A stretch of 64,000 nucleotides of DNA from Eledone cirrhosa (Eukaryota). Position 1 is the first letter of the stretch, and every line of letters begins with the position of its first letter. The stretch covers positions 418,872,001 to 418,936,000 of the forward strand of contig OZ024740.1 in the NCBI GenBank assembly GCA_964016885.1, read 5' to 3'. Positions 13,255 through 27,118 of the stretch are shown one piece after another. The position numbers were made by a program, and so were the translations under genes. The notes below the pieces were generated by a model. That model saw only the letters and a program-made list of their open reading frames with translations, had not been told where the DNA came from and searched no databases.

Positions 13255-14016
13255 TACATATTTATATATATGTATATCATCATCATCATCTTCATCATCA
13301 CCATTTAACATCCATTTTTCCTCGCTAGTATAAGTTAGAGGAGTTGCCCCATTTTGAAACAAGTCAGATCAGATGACCATGTTTTGTTCATACAGAACTG
13401 TTTCTGGCTAGGTTTCTACAGCAGGATGCCCTTCCAACCAGATTTGTAACATTGACTGGGTGCTTTTCATCGTGGCACCAAAATGACCAACTAACAGATT
13501 GGACTGGATTCCCTTTGTCGTGTCACCAACATGTTTACACATATATACATATACATATATATATATATATATATATGTAAAAATAACAAAAATAATAATG
13601 CTGATGTTACATATATCGTTTAATCATTATAATTATTTCCACGGTTCTCCATGCAATCGAGAAGTTCTTCATGCATTTGTTGTTGTTTTGACATATGTCT
13701 GCTGGGCACACGAGCAGAAGGACATGTGCTTTTTCCTGCCGGCAGCATATCACTAAATCGGTTTTCATCTGAGGATACCGTTCTCATAACAACAACAAAT
13801 GCATGAAGGAATAATTATAATGATTAAACGATTTCTGTAACAGCAGCATTATTATTTTTGTTATTTTTATAAAAATCTCAATCGTAACTAAAAACTACGA
13901 ATGTTGAGAGCTTTCTCCTGCTTGCTCCTGTTTTTACCAAAACAATCTCTTCGGAACATATGTATATATATATATATTGTCTGCCAATTTTAAATAATAT
14001 ATATATATATATATCA

Positions 14017-14760
14017 GAATGAAAGGCAGACTGTATGATGCGTGTATCCGAACAGCAATGTTGCATGGTAGTGAGACCTGGGCGCTGAAGGTGGAAGACT
14101 TACATAGATTAGAGAGAAACGAAGCCTGCATGCTCCGATGGATGTGTAACAGTAATATACGTGAACGACAAAGAATAAATGAATTGAGAGAGAGACTGAG
14201 CATAAGAGGAATCAAATGCTGTGTGCAGGAGAGGCGGTTGCGCTGGTATGGACATGTGATGCGTATGAAGGATGACAGCTGCATAAAAAGGTGCAGAGCA
14301 CTAGAAGTCGATGGAAACCGTGGAGTGGGGAGACCCAAGATGACCTGGGATGAGGTGATAAAAGCCGACCTCACCCAATTACACCTCTCAAAGGCAATGA
14401 CACACGACCGTGACCTCTGGCGTCACGCAGTAATACAAAGTACCCAACCTCCCATGGGTACAAGCTGAAGCATATAGACAACATTCCCCCACACCCCCCA
14501 CCGCATGGTGGTCGTGGAGGTGCCACGGCAAAGAAGCACTCAGCCCACACTGTAAAGTGGACGTGTAGGCGCCACGAAAAAGCACCCAGCACTCACTGTA
14601 AATGAGGTTGGTGTTAGGAAGGGCATCCAGCTGTAGAAATCAAGCCAAATCAGTTCCTGTATGAGCAAGGCATGGTCAGCCGACCAGACACTGCACACAA
14701 CAGGACAACCCGTCTAACCCATGCTGGCGTGAAAGAACGGACGTAAAACGGTGATGATGA
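14017..14760 (+). mobile_element. RTE LINE 3' fragment
   Basis: ORF 14019..14468 (MLHGSETW, RRLRWYGHVMR, GRPKMTW), 3'UTR and (GAT)n tail; lies between (TA)n tracts. Confidence 0.9.
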
Positions 14761-14995
14761 TATATATATATATAAATGGAATTTATCTGTGTCATATTTA
14801 CATGACAGCAACATGAATCAATTTGCCTGAGTTAGTTCAATGAAGACCCAATGATACATTAAATTAATTCATTGTTTGAGAGGGATAATTAGTTATTCAA
14901 CTTTGAAAGGGTCACAAACGGGAGACAATGAAAACATGTGAACCTTGTACAGAAGATAACAACAATAAAATCCTAGGAATAAATATATTTACCTA

Positions 14996-15258
14996 CAGAG
15001 GTGTAACTAAGGAAATAGCACCTATGGCAAACAGTGAAATTGTGCCCATGCCCTAACTGTGTTTACTTATGAGTGCAATAATTTATTATATAAATGGTTT
15101 AATGATCCAGCCACCATAGTGTTTCTCTCCTATGATAATCAAAGTCAGATTAAACATCTGAAGAAGTTCCAGTGAAAGCTTATCTGAATTTAATAGAAAG
15201 TGCTCTTTGTGACACCCATGGCACATGCCATGCTTGTCATACCCTAGTTATGCCTCTG
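14996..15258. mobile_element. hAT-type MITE
   Basis: TIRs CAGAGGTGTAACTAAGG / CCCTAGTTATGCCTCTG; 8-bp TSD TTTACCTA / TTTACCTG. Confidence 0.7.
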
Positions 15259-15269
15259 TTTACCTGGAC

Positions 15270-15502
15270 TGTGTGTGTGTGTGTGTGACAGCTTACACCT
15301 ATGCAGGATTAGCTGGCCCCCTCTAAGGTATATCTCGTTGGAGGTGTCTTGGGTCCTATCATCTCATTTCTACAGCTGAGTAAACTGGAGCAACGTGAAA
15401 TAAAGTGTCTTGCTCAAGGAAACAACACATCACAAAGTCCGAGAATTGAACTCACAATCTTTCGATTGCAAGCCCAATGCTCTAACCACTAAGCCATGTG
15501 CT
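15270..15502 (-). mobile_element. tRNA-derived CORE-like SINE
   Basis: Reverse complement of the family head at 37887; a similar copy lies at about 40825-41075. Confidence 0.65.
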
Positions 15503-15569
15503 TTCACATAGTGGTTTCTAATTCACTGTAGTGGTTTCTAATTCACCGGACTATCTCTCACTTTGACCT

Positions 15570-16285
15570 GTAACTCATGGTGGAGTCATAGAAGAGGCAT
15601 CATATTAACACACAGCATTTCTTGGCCATTTTAAAACCTGACGGTGCCCAAATACTCTCCCAGCCTGAACACAACAGATTTCTTCCAGAGAAAGAGAGAG
15701 AGAGGGGAATAATGAACCCCAGTACTAGACTGGTACTTTTTTTTATCAACATCAAAAGGATGAAAGGCAAAGTTGAGCTCGGCAAGATTTGAACTCAGAG
15801 AGCAGAGAGACAGAAGAAACACCACAGACCAATCTATCCAACACTCTAACAACTCTGCCAGTTCACCAACCATTCATCAGCCTATATATGTAGTTAAAAG
15901 TATAATTTCATATCTACAGCAATTGTGTAAGTAGGACTTGTGGATAGTCATTAGCAGGTATGTATGTATGGTCCTGTAGCTCCCGATAGAGTCGTAGGGG
16001 TACTGTATTGACATACAGTGTTTCTTGGGCATTTTAAGCCTGGTGGAGCCCGTTCCCTCTCCAGGCTGGAGTACAACAGATTTCTTCCAGAGAAAGATAG
16101 AAAGTGAGAGAGAGGAAATGAGAAAGAGATATAGAGGAAGAATCGACCCAGTACTTGACTGGTACTTTTTTTATAGACTTCGAAAGGATGAAAGGCAAAG
16201 TTGACCTCGGCAGGATTTGAATTCCAAGCACAGAGAACCGGAACAAATACCATAAAGCATTCTATCTGACGTTCTAACGACTTCA
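15570..16285 (-). mobile_element. Two tandem Nin/Deu-like SINEs with a shared longer tail
   Basis: GGATGAAAGGCAAAGTTGA..GATTTGAA at about 15758 and 16186; related tails at about 11860-11990 and 37735-37845. Confidence 0.6.
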
Positions 16286-17490
16286 TTAGCAGGTATTTGT
16301 CCCATAAATTGGAAACAAACCTGTTGGCATTCATGTGATGTCACGTGGCCTAGTTGAAGCTAGTCCTTCTAGCATGTTCTATGCAATAGTGTTTGGTCTG
16401 AGTGGATAAAAATATTTATATTCAAACTTCAAGTACTCAACTAGTTTTAGGAAGAAATCCATATGTAGGAATGAATATATTAATTGAATATATTGATGTT
16501 GTAGTTGCACGATAGCAGCACAAGTCAATATATATATTAAATATAAATATACATACATACTTACATATACACACACATATTAATATATATGTGTGTGCGT
16601 GTGTGTGAACTAATATAATTTACCTTATGTATATATGTGTACATATATGTATATATGTATGTGTGTGTGTATTAAATGTATTTGGTTAATGCCACCTACG
16701 TTTCAATTTAGAGTTTCAACATCCTTTATGTTTCATTTGGGTTGCAAAATAAGATGAAAAATAATATGATTCCAATGAAATTCGAGATGGTTTCATAATA
16801 AGCCTACTTCATTGGCTGACCAAAGCCATGTTTGGGTTGTGCATAAATTAAGATATGAGTCAGCAACAAATTTGATGAAATATGAAGGTATGGACAGAGG
16901 GATGAATCATGGTTAAAAGGTTACTAATAAAGTAGTTTGTAGGAAGTAATTATAGAGGGTTACGTTCAACATTAAGGTGTAGACCTTATTGCTTTTGTTG
17001 TTGTTGTTTCTCTTCTAGAAACTCTTATGAGGACTAACTATTGTCAACACAGACCTCTATCAGTTCCCTCAGACACAAATTATCTTTCAGGATATTCTGG
17101 CAGGAACTAAAACCTTTTAACTCATTAAGCACCAGCCTGCCCGAGGCTGCCTCTGTTAAAGTGCTCAAATTTAAATTTAACTTTTAGACTAAAATCTAAT
17201 TAATACATAACAAGTTAAATATTTGTCTTTTCTTATTAAATTAAAAGTTAGATATTTCATTAGAACACTCATAATTGTTAATTATTTTGATAATTAAAGC
17301 ACAAAGGCTGTACATTCATGTTAAAATATGGTCATGGAAGTCTTAAGAAGAATCCTAAAAGGTTTCCTATCTGACAAAACAACATTGAGTGTAACCTTTA
17401 CTACCAACCTTACTATGTTTTAGGGAACAATAACTTATGATTTTCTCTGTATATCACTGCTAAAGCATGCCTACCCACCAGCTGCCTCTC

Positions 17491-18560
17491 ATGTCCCACA
17501 TACTCACATCCTTCTCACTAGTCCCTTATGTCCACACACTCACATCCTTCCCACTAGTCCCTCATGTCCACACACTCACATCCTTCCCACTAGTCCCTCA
17601 TGTCCACACACTCACATCCTTCCCACTAGTCCCTTATGTCCACACACTCACATCCTTCCCACTAGTCCCTCATGTCCACACACTCACATCCTTCCCACTA
17701 GTCCCTCATGTCCACACACTCACATCCTTCCCACTAGTCCCTTATGTCCACACACTCACATCCTTCCCACTAGTCCCTCATGTCCACACACTCACATCCT
17801 TCCCACTAGTCCCTCATGTCCACACACTCACATCCTTCCCACTAGTCCCTCATGTCCACACACTCACATCCTTCCCACTAGTCCCTCATGTCCACACACT
17901 CACATCCTTCCCACTAGTCCCTCATGTCCACACACTCACATCCTTCCCACTAGTCCCTCATGTCCACACACTCACATCCTTCCCACTAGTCCCTTATGTC
18001 CACACACTCACATCCTTCCCACTAGTCCCTCATGTCCACATACTCACATCCTTCTCACTAGTCCCTCATGTCCACACACTCACATCCTTCCCACTAGTCC
18101 CTTATGTCCACACACTCACATCCTTCCCACTAGTCCCTCATGTCCACACACTCACATCCTTCCCACTAGTCCCTCATGTCCACACACTCACATCCTTCCC
18201 ACTAGTCCCTCATGTCCACACACTCACATCCTTCCCACTAGTCCCTCATGTCCACACACTCACATCCTTCCCACTAGTCCCTCATGTCCACACACTCACA
18301 TCCTTCCCACTAGTCCCTCATGTCCACACTCATATCCTTCCCACTAGTCCCTTATGTCCACACACTCACATCCTTCCCACTAGTCCCTTATGTCTACACA
18401 CTCATATCCTTCCCACCAGCTGCCTCTCATGTCCCACAGACTCACATCCTTCCCACTAGTCCCTCATGTCCACACACTCATATCCTTCCCACTAGCTCCC
18501 CCTCATCTTCCACACACTCATATCCTTCCCACAAACCCCCTCATGTCCCACACACTCATA
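17491..18560. repeat. 36-bp minisatellite, about 29 copies
   Basis: Unit TCCACACACTCACATCCTTCCCACTAGTCCCTCATG; degenerate at both edges. Confidence 0.95.
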
Positions 18561-18665
18561 TCCTTTAATGATCCTTAGCTGCAACACCCAAGTTCTTACT
18601 TATGCAATATCTTTTACAAATCTCCTTTAAACTCCTAAACAGTTAGTTGCCAAAAGTCTGTTTAA

Positions 18666-18885
18666 CCCTTTAGCATTTACATTACTATATATTTACTATT
18701 GTATTTTCCCAGTAAAGGCTTTATCTTATATGATATCTCACATAGTATTGTATCTATGAGATTTTGATATTATTTATTTTGAGAACAATACCTTAACATC
18801 TGTATGAGTGGCTAGTTACAGCCAGTTTGAACAGAAAGAGAAGAGAGAATTCTGGCCGGATATGGCCAGTTTAAATGCCAAAGGG
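18666..18885 (+). mobile_element. piggyBac-like MITE
   Basis: TTAA-CCCTTTAGCATTTA..TAAATGCCAAAGGG-TTAA. Confidence 0.8.
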
Positions 18886-20004
18886 TTAAGTAATGATTAG
18901 AAGCCATATACTGTGTCATTCATTTTATCAATGCTTAATTAAATATACATTAACTATACAAGAAGAGAAAAATTATTTCTATTACTAGCTTGACTCCCTC
19001 TGATTAAAAAATAAGCTAGTTTTTCATTTTGTTTATGGTTTTCATAATTAGCCACAAAAAAGTAAGAGAATTTCAAAGTCTCATACATCTAGAAATTTTA
19101 GCAAGAGTAAAAAAAAAAATTTTTAATTACATTTTTATAGAATTGTTTCAAAGTTATGAAAATTTCTGTTTATTTAAGTGATGTATAAAGTGAGATGTAG
19201 GTTAGTATCCTCTTTCTACAACTTTATCTAAACATCTCATACTCATATTGATCATGTACTACTTAAGTTCTTCAAATGGTGTATCAGATGAATATCTAAC
19301 TGTATTGAAACACAAATAGTCTAAGTAACAAATCCTTAAGTCATTTCAACTACATACTAATACTACTACTAAACTAACCAGTGAGGTAGCTTCTACATGG
19401 TCACATGGCCTGCTGAGAACAGCAGCCAAATCTCCCTCAAATTATGTTCTATTATCATAATAAAACTCAACACTAGGTGTTGTGATCCTTGATTCCTTGA
19501 ATGTAGAAAAGAAACAGGATGGTTCATGATTGTGATCCCTTTGATTATAGGTCTTCTTGGCTAGGACTGACATAGAGCTTAATTTCTATAACTACCATCG
19601 TTGTTGTGATCCCAATGAGAGAGCCTCTATGGTCAAGTTGAACTTCCAAGCCTTGGAATAAAATTGCAAAGCCCGCCTATTTTCTGTGGGCCAACTCTAA
19701 TCCCATTTAAAATATTTCTCAAGCCTATGTTGGAATAAATCATCCAATGTACTATTTCCTTATTTAAGAAAGCAGTGTTCAATTTTAGGGAAGAGGCTCC
19801 CTTGTTGGGATCCTGACAGCTGTGGCAGTTATTGGAATTATTTAGCTCCATGTCAGTCCTAATCAAGCAGACCTATCAAAGGAATTACAATCATGACCAT
19901 AGAGACTCTCTCATTAGGATCATGATAGCAGGGGTAGTTATAGAAATTATTAAGCCCCATGCCAGTCCTAACCAAGCAGGCCTATAAAAAATTTTTTCAC
20001 CAAA

Positions 20005-20495
20005 AAGTTTGGACCTGAAATTTTGACACTAAAATTTTTTTTAGTTTTTTACACTAAAAATGTGCACCTGAAATTTTTCGAACACCAAAAATGTGAACCT
20101 GAAGTTTTTTTTTACACCAAAACTGGGGAACTGAAGTTGTTTTGACACTAAAAATGTGGACCTGAAATTGTTTTGACACCAGCAATGTGAGCCTGAAATT
20201 GTTTTGACACTAAAAATGTGGACCTGAAATTGTTTTGACACCAGAAATGTGAGCCTGAAATTGTTTTGACACTAAAAATGTGGACCTGAAATTGTTTTGA
20301 CACCAGAAATGTGAGCCTGAAATTGTTTTGACACTAAAAATGTGGACCTGAAATTGTTTTGACACCAGAAATGTGAGCCTGAAATTGTTTTGACACTAAA
20401 AATGTGGACCTGAAATTGTTTTGACACCAGAAATGTGAGCCTGAAATTGTTTTGACACTAAAAACGTGGACCTGAAATTGTTTTGACACCAGAAA
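20005..20495. repeat. 31-bp minisatellite with 62-bp dimer structure
   Basis: Alternating AAAATGTGGACCTGAAATTGTTTTGACACC and AGAAATGTGAGCCTGAAATTGTTTTGACACTA. Confidence 0.95.
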
Positions 20496-21209
20496 TAGGC
20501 CACAAAGAAGAAAAGTTTGAGAAACACTGAGTTAAAGCCACACAGGGTTAAGGGTTGCACTGTAGGGTAAACATGGATAAAAATGCCACAACAACCATGA
20601 CTGGAATATTTTTGATAATCAATCTGTTGAATGAAGGTTGACCCCCCCCCCCCTCCCCAGGGGTTAACTAATACAACAACAACAATTACTATGATTACAA
20701 CAGCATGACATTATCATGTTACTGTTATTGTTGCCATTACTACAGCATCTGCTTTTTACAGCTTTTCACATAACAATTGTTATTGTTGCTTTTGTTGTTG
20801 CTGTTTGGTGCAGATGTTGCTACTGCACATATTGTTGATTTCTTGCCTTCAGTGCAGTGCAGCAGTGTTGTTGTTGTAATTGCTTTACTATGAGTTCTTC
20901 TTGCTAATGTTTCTATTTTGCTGCAGCTGTAATAACTGCAACCAACTCCACTGCTTCTGTAGCTGTTATTCTTGCAAATGCTAAGCACATATGCACCAAT
21001 GCAACTATCTTATCTCTTCCCCCTCCTACACCCACTCCTCCCACTCTTCCTCCTCCTACACCCACTCCTCAGCCCCCTCCCCCTCCTCACTGCCATCTTC
21101 TTAGCTAACACTACAGGGAATAAACATGTTGTATTAGCAAATCCTGATAGAGAAATGTTCAAGGACTTCTCTGTAAAAGCTGCAGAAGAAACCCACAATG
21201 ACAAAAACT

Positions 21210-21860
21210 ATAATGATGATGATGGTGATGGTGACGGTGGTGGTGGTGGCAGTGGTGGTGGTGGTGGTGGAGGTGGTGATGGTTATGGTGGTGGTGGTGA
21301 TGGCGGCGGTGGTGATGATGATGACGATGGTGGTGACGATGGTGGTGATGGTGGTGGTGATGGCGGAGATGATGGTGGTGGTGCCGGTGGTGGTGGTGGT
21401 GGTGATGCCGGTGGTGGTGGTGGTGATGACGATGGTGGTGGTGGTGATGCCGGTGGTGGTGGTGGTGATGACGATGGTGGTGATGGTGGTGGTGATGGTG
21501 GTGATGATGATGGTGATGGTGATGGTGGTGGTGGTGGCAGTGGTGGTGGTGGTGCAGGTAGTGGTGGTGATGGCGGTGATGGTGGTGATGGTGGTGGTGG
21601 TGGTGGTGGTAGTGATGGTGGTGGTGATGGCAGTGGTGATGGTGGTGGTGGTGGTGGTGCAGATGGTGGTGGTGGTGGTGGTGCAGGTAGTGGTGGTGAT
21701 GGTGGTGGTGGTGGTGGTGGTGCTGGTGCAGGTAGTGGTGGTGATGCCGGTAGTGGTGATGGTGATGACGATGGTGGTGATGGTGGTGGTGGTGCTGGTG
21801 GTGGTGGTGCTGGTGGTGGTGGTGCTGGTGGTGGTGGTGATGGTGATGATGGTGATAATT
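21210..21860. repeat. Compound (GGT)/(GAT) trinucleotide repeat
   Basis: Directly visible. Confidence 0.95.
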
Positions 21861-22171
21861 GTAGTGATTACAATGATGATGATAGTGACCAGGACAAAAA
21901 GGAGTATGCTGATTATAATGGTAGAAGTTTACTGTTATTGCAGATGATCTAGACTCTGCAACATAACAACATAACAACCAACAATCAACTGCCAACTGCA
22001 TTATCTCCTGTTGCCCAGTCTGTTACTACACAATAGAAGTTGTGAATATAGAAAGTGGTAGTTATGTAGATTAGATTCTGTGTATGTTACATTCTCATTA
22101 AATCTGAACAACCATATCATCACTGAATACCCCTTCTTTCTTTTCCTGCTAACATTCTCGTTAACCTTCTA

Positions 22172-22700
22172 TACAAGGGTCAGCTGAAGAGTTCATAGGC
22201 TGAAAGGTTCATAGGCTGAAAGGTTCATAGGCTGAAAGGTTCATAGGCTGAAAGGTTCATAGGCTGAAAGGTTCATAGGCTGAGAGGTTCATAGGCTGAG
22301 AGGTTCATAGGCTGAAAGGTTCATAGGCTGAGAGGTTCATAGGCTGAAAGGTTCATAGGCTGAAAGGTTCATAGGCTGAAAGGTTCATAGGCTGAAAGGT
22401 TCATAGGCTGAAAGGTTCATAGGCTGAAAGGTTCATAGGCTGAAAGGTTCATAGGCTGAGAGGTTCATAGGCTGAAAGGTTCATAGGCTGAAAGGTTCAT
22501 AGGCTGAAGAGTTCATAGGCTGAAAGGTTCATAGGCTGAAAGGTCCATAGGCTGAAGAGTTCATAGGCTGAAAGGTTCATAGGTCGGAAAGTTCATAGGC
22601 TGAAAGATTCATAGGCTGAAATGGTCATAGGTCAGAAAGTTCAGAGGCTGTCCAAGATACTGTAGAATGAGCAACTAAAGTTTATTTTTCTACATAGTCT
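22172..22700 (+). repeat. 17-bp minisatellite (GCTGAAAGGTTCATAGG, about 27 copies) inside a mariner-like terminal sequence
   Basis: Array 22183-22650 starts at TA-CAAGGGTCAGCTGAAGAGTTCATAGGCTG and runs out into CCAAGATACT..TTTATTTTTCTACATAGTC. Confidence 0.85.
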
Positions 22701-22813
22701 GACAGGACCCACTGGGAGAAGTGTTTGAAGACTCTGCCCCATCCTACACAAACCTCTCAGGAATGAGTGGGAAAATAAGGGGGAGGGGGAGGGAGGAGGA
22801 GGAAGAGAAGAAG

Positions 22814-22845
<32 letters not shown>

Positions 22846-22947
22846 CCACTTATATAAAAACTTAGGTGTAGAAGAAACAGAAAAGATAGAACAGAATGAA
22901 AGTAAATAAAAGAATACTAAAGAATACTAGAGAACTCAAAGCTAACA

Positions 22948-23367
22948 ATGGTTTCTACTATAGGAACAAGGCCAACAATTTTTTTTTTTTGGGGGGGGGA
23001 GTTGATTACATCTACTCCAGCGCATTACTGATACTTTATTTTATCACCCCCGTAAGAATTCAAACTTAGAATATAAAGGAACGTAACTCTATACCGTAAA
23101 GCATGTTGTCTGATGCTCTACCAATACTGCCAATCTACTGCCCTTAAACAACATCTAATAATTGTTTCTACTATTGGCACAAGGCCAACAATTTTGAGGG
23201 AGGGGAAAGTCAATTATATCAACCCCAGTGTGTGACTGGTACTTTATTTTATCAACTTCGAAAGAATGAAAGGCAAAGTTGACCTCAGCAGGATTTGAAC
23301 TCAAAGAGCAGAGAGTCAGAGCAAATACCACAAAGCATTCTACCTGATGTTCTAATGACTCTGCCAA
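22948..23367 (-). mobile_element. Two tandem Nin/Deu-like SINEs
   Basis: Reverse complement of the 8427-8649 family at about 22948-23143 and 23157-23367. Confidence 0.7.
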
Positions 23368-23576
23368 TTTAAAGCTACAAAAATAATAATAAAAACTGAG
23401 CTGAATGTAATATAATCTATATGATAACTGTATAGTCTGTTTGTCACACAAACACTAGGATCTGTCAAAACCATTCTAAATATTTTATTTAGAATTCGTG
23501 AAACAAAAAACTGAAAAGGCAAATGTTTTAATATGTTCACATTCATACCAGAAATTAGCAATCTCTGCCAGCAACA

Positions 23577-23578
<2 letters not shown>

Positions 23579-23670
<92 letters not shown>
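23579..23670. repeat. (CT)n microsatellite
   Basis: Directly visible. Confidence 0.95.
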
Positions 23671-24369
23671 TTCCAATTTATCTATCTATATATATATCAT
23701 CATCATCATTGTTTAATGTCCACTTTCAATTCTAGCATGGGTAGGTTGGGCTGACCCTTTGGGAGAGATCAGGTCAGAGGACCGTATTTCACTCTGACCT
23801 GATCTCTCTCAAAAGGTCAGCCATTGAAATATTAGTTCTTCTCTGATGACCCTGTGATAAACAGGCGAAACTCACTTTTTAGCCTTAATAATATTGAATG
23901 AGTTCTGACGAATGAATTAACTGGAGCATTTATCGTTGAAAACACCGAAGGAAAGAATAAAATAGAAACTAGAATCTAATTATACAGAAGAAAATATTTA
24001 CATTGACAACAAAAAAGAAGGTAAAAATAAGTAAGAGAATATCTTAATGGAATTCTGAACTATATTAAATAGAACATGAAGAGAAACACCTCCCAATGGC
24101 CAATATCCTGCAAAAGCCAACAGAGAGGAAGTTAATCTGTGTTAAAAAACCAACATTGGATTGTAAACTTTGGAATAAAACCAAAAATGGAAGATATGAT
24201 TGCACCTGAACAGGATCAATATTTAACCATATAAAGTATTGGTGGTGATTATGATGATGACAATGATGATGGTGGTGGTGGTAGTTGTGGTAACAATGAT
24301 GATAGTGATGGTAGTGCTACTGACAATGATGATGATAGTGACCAGGACAAAAAGGAGTATGCTGATTAT

Positions 24370-24728
24370 AATTGTTTCTACTTTTGGCACAAGGCCAGCA
24401 ATTATCTCAGTGTATTACTGGTACTTTATTTTGTCGAACCTGTAAGGATGAAAAGCAAAGTGAACCTCGGCAGGATTTGAACTCAGACTATAAAGAGCCG
24501 TAACTCCAACCAATCCACCAATGGCTAATATTTACTGCAGAATAATATAGTGAGTATAAAGAAATAATTGACTATGTTATTACTGACTGTGGTGGATAGG
24601 CAGAATTGGTAGAGTGTCGGACAACATGCTTCATAGCAGAGAGTTGCGGCTCTTTACATAATGGCTTCAAATCCTGCCAAGGTTAGCTTTGCCTTACATT
24701 CTTATGGGGTCGATAAAATAAAGTAGCA
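24370..24728. mobile_element. Two Nin/Deu-like SINEs, head to head
   Basis: Minus copy at about 24370-24520, plus copy at about 24588-24728. Confidence 0.65.
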
Positions 24729-24789
24729 GTAATATACACACATAGACCTTACAAAAACAGGACACAAAGATACACATACATGCATAGAA

Positions 24790-25865
24790 ACACATGCACA
24801 CAAGCATACACAGAGCACATACATACATACACAGACAACATACATACAGACCACATACATACACATACACAGACCACATACATACAGACCACATACATAC
24901 AGACCACATACATACATACATACAGACCACATACATACATACAGACCATATACATACACATACACAGACCACATACATACATACACACCACATACATACA
25001 CATACACAGACCACATACATACATACAGACCACATACATACACATACACAGACCACATACATACTTACACAGACCACATACATACTTACACAGACCACAT
25101 ACATACACAGACCACATACATACACAGACCACATACATACATACAGACCACATACATACATACAGACCACATACATACACACCACATACATACACAGACC
25201 ACATACATACATACAGACCACATACATACATACACACCACATACATACATACAGACCACATACATACATACACACCACATACATACACATAGACACAGAC
25301 CACATACATACACAGACCACATACATACACAGACCACATACATACATACACACCACATACATACACATACACAGACCACATACATACACAGACCACATAC
25401 ATACATACAGACCACATACATACATACAGACCACATACATACATACACACCACATACATACACATACACAGACTACATACATACATACAGACCACATACA
25501 TACATACAGACCACATACATACATACAGACCACATACATACACATAGACACAGACCACATACATACATACAGACCACATACATACACATAGACACAGACC
25601 ACATACATACATACAGAACACATACATACACATAGACACAGACCACATACATACACAGACCACATACATACACAGACCACATACATACACATACATACAC
25701 AGACCACATACATACACATACATACACAGACCACATACATACACATACATACACAGACCACATACATACACAGACCACACACACACATACACAGACCACA
25801 CACATACGCAGATCACACACATACACAGACAACACACATACACACACCACATACATACACACCAC
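24790..25865. repeat. Compound CAGACCA(CATA)n satellite
   Basis: Directly visible. Confidence 0.95.
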
Positions 25866-26338
25866 AGAAAGACAAGATAGAATTTTAAAAAAAGATCAAA
25901 ACAAAAAGAAAACCCAGAGGAACAATAATAGTAATTGAGAAGGTCACATAATGTGTGATGAAAGAGGCTTGATAATTTATTTATTTATTCAATCTAAATC
26001 CGTATAGAGATAGTAAGCCATGACAGACTAGGGGAAGTATTGAGTACTCCTTAGAGTTGGTAATCAAAAAGAGCTAGTGAGACAAGTAATAAAATATAAT
26101 TAAAAAGTAAAATAAATTTTTTTTTTAAATGTCCAATATTGAAGGAGGCCAATGGGAGGCAGATTATGTCTGAGAAAACAAAATAGAAAAAGAAAATAGG
26201 AAAGAAGGGAAGATGTAAAACAAGTTTCTCTTGTTGAATCTTTTCATAGCTTCCATGTCCTCAAAGATATATTTGGTAGACCTTTAATCATGTATTGAAC
26301 TTCCAATCTTGGTAGGCTTTTCTTTTTTTTTAATTTAA

Positions 26339-26559
26339 CCCTTTAACATTTACATTACTCTATATATACTATTACATTTTCATAGTAAAGGCTTTATCTC
26401 AAATAATTATCACACATAATATCGAATCTATGAAATGTTGATGTTATTTATTTTGAGAATAATACCTTAATGTCAGTATGAGCAGCCAGTTACAACTGGT
26501 TTGAGCAGAAAGTGGTGAGAAAATTCTGGCCGGATATGGCCGGTTTAAATGTTAAAGGG
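26339..26559 (+). mobile_element. piggyBac-like MITE
   Basis: TTAA-CCCTTTAACATTTA..TAAATGTTAAAGGG-TTAA; same family as 18666-18885. Confidence 0.8.
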
Positions 26560-27118
26560 TTAATATGATAATTAAATAACCATCAAGTTACTAAACTAAC
26601 CAAGGAATTAGTTGCCTAACTAATAATTGTTTCTACTTTTGGCACAAGGCCAGCAATTATCCAGTACATTACTGGTACTTTATTTTATCTACCCCGTAAG
26701 GATGAAAGGCAAAGTTAACCTCAACGCGATTTGAACTCAGACTATAAAGGGACGTTACGCTCTACCGATACTGCCAAATAATGATTTCATTTATTGGCCA
26801 TCAGGGCCAGTTGCCTAACTAATAATAAAACTGAAGTGAAACTCAAATGGGGTGTGTTTTTATTGGCAATATAAAAAAAATGGATCAATCTACAAGATCC
26901 CAAACCTCATTCATTTACCGAATGTGGTGGAACTCATAAAATCAGACCAACACAACAATGTTTCCATTGGTCTTTCTATTACTATCTACCAGTCACAACT
27001 CCTGGCAGAAAGAGCAACATGAAATAAAGTGTCTTGCAATTACAAATTGAATTCTTTAAGCAACAAGCCACGAGCAACATGACCGACCCAAAGCATGATA
27101 ATATCTGTTTCAACACAG

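Noticed and set aside
13900-13960. Minus-strand hammerhead-like AUGUU-CCGAAGA..GAAAGCUCUC-AACAU
   Set aside because: Core has a U-to-C change and stem II does not close; at best a decayed relic
17467-18459. 330-aa ORF of HTLTSFPLVPHV repeats
   Set aside because: Translation of a 36-bp minisatellite whose unit length is divisible by 3; no other coding evidence
20972-21952. Gly/Asp-rich ORF with a hydrophobic, signal-peptide-like start
   Set aside because: Open in several frames on both strands because of the GGT/GAT repeat; cannot be supported as a gene
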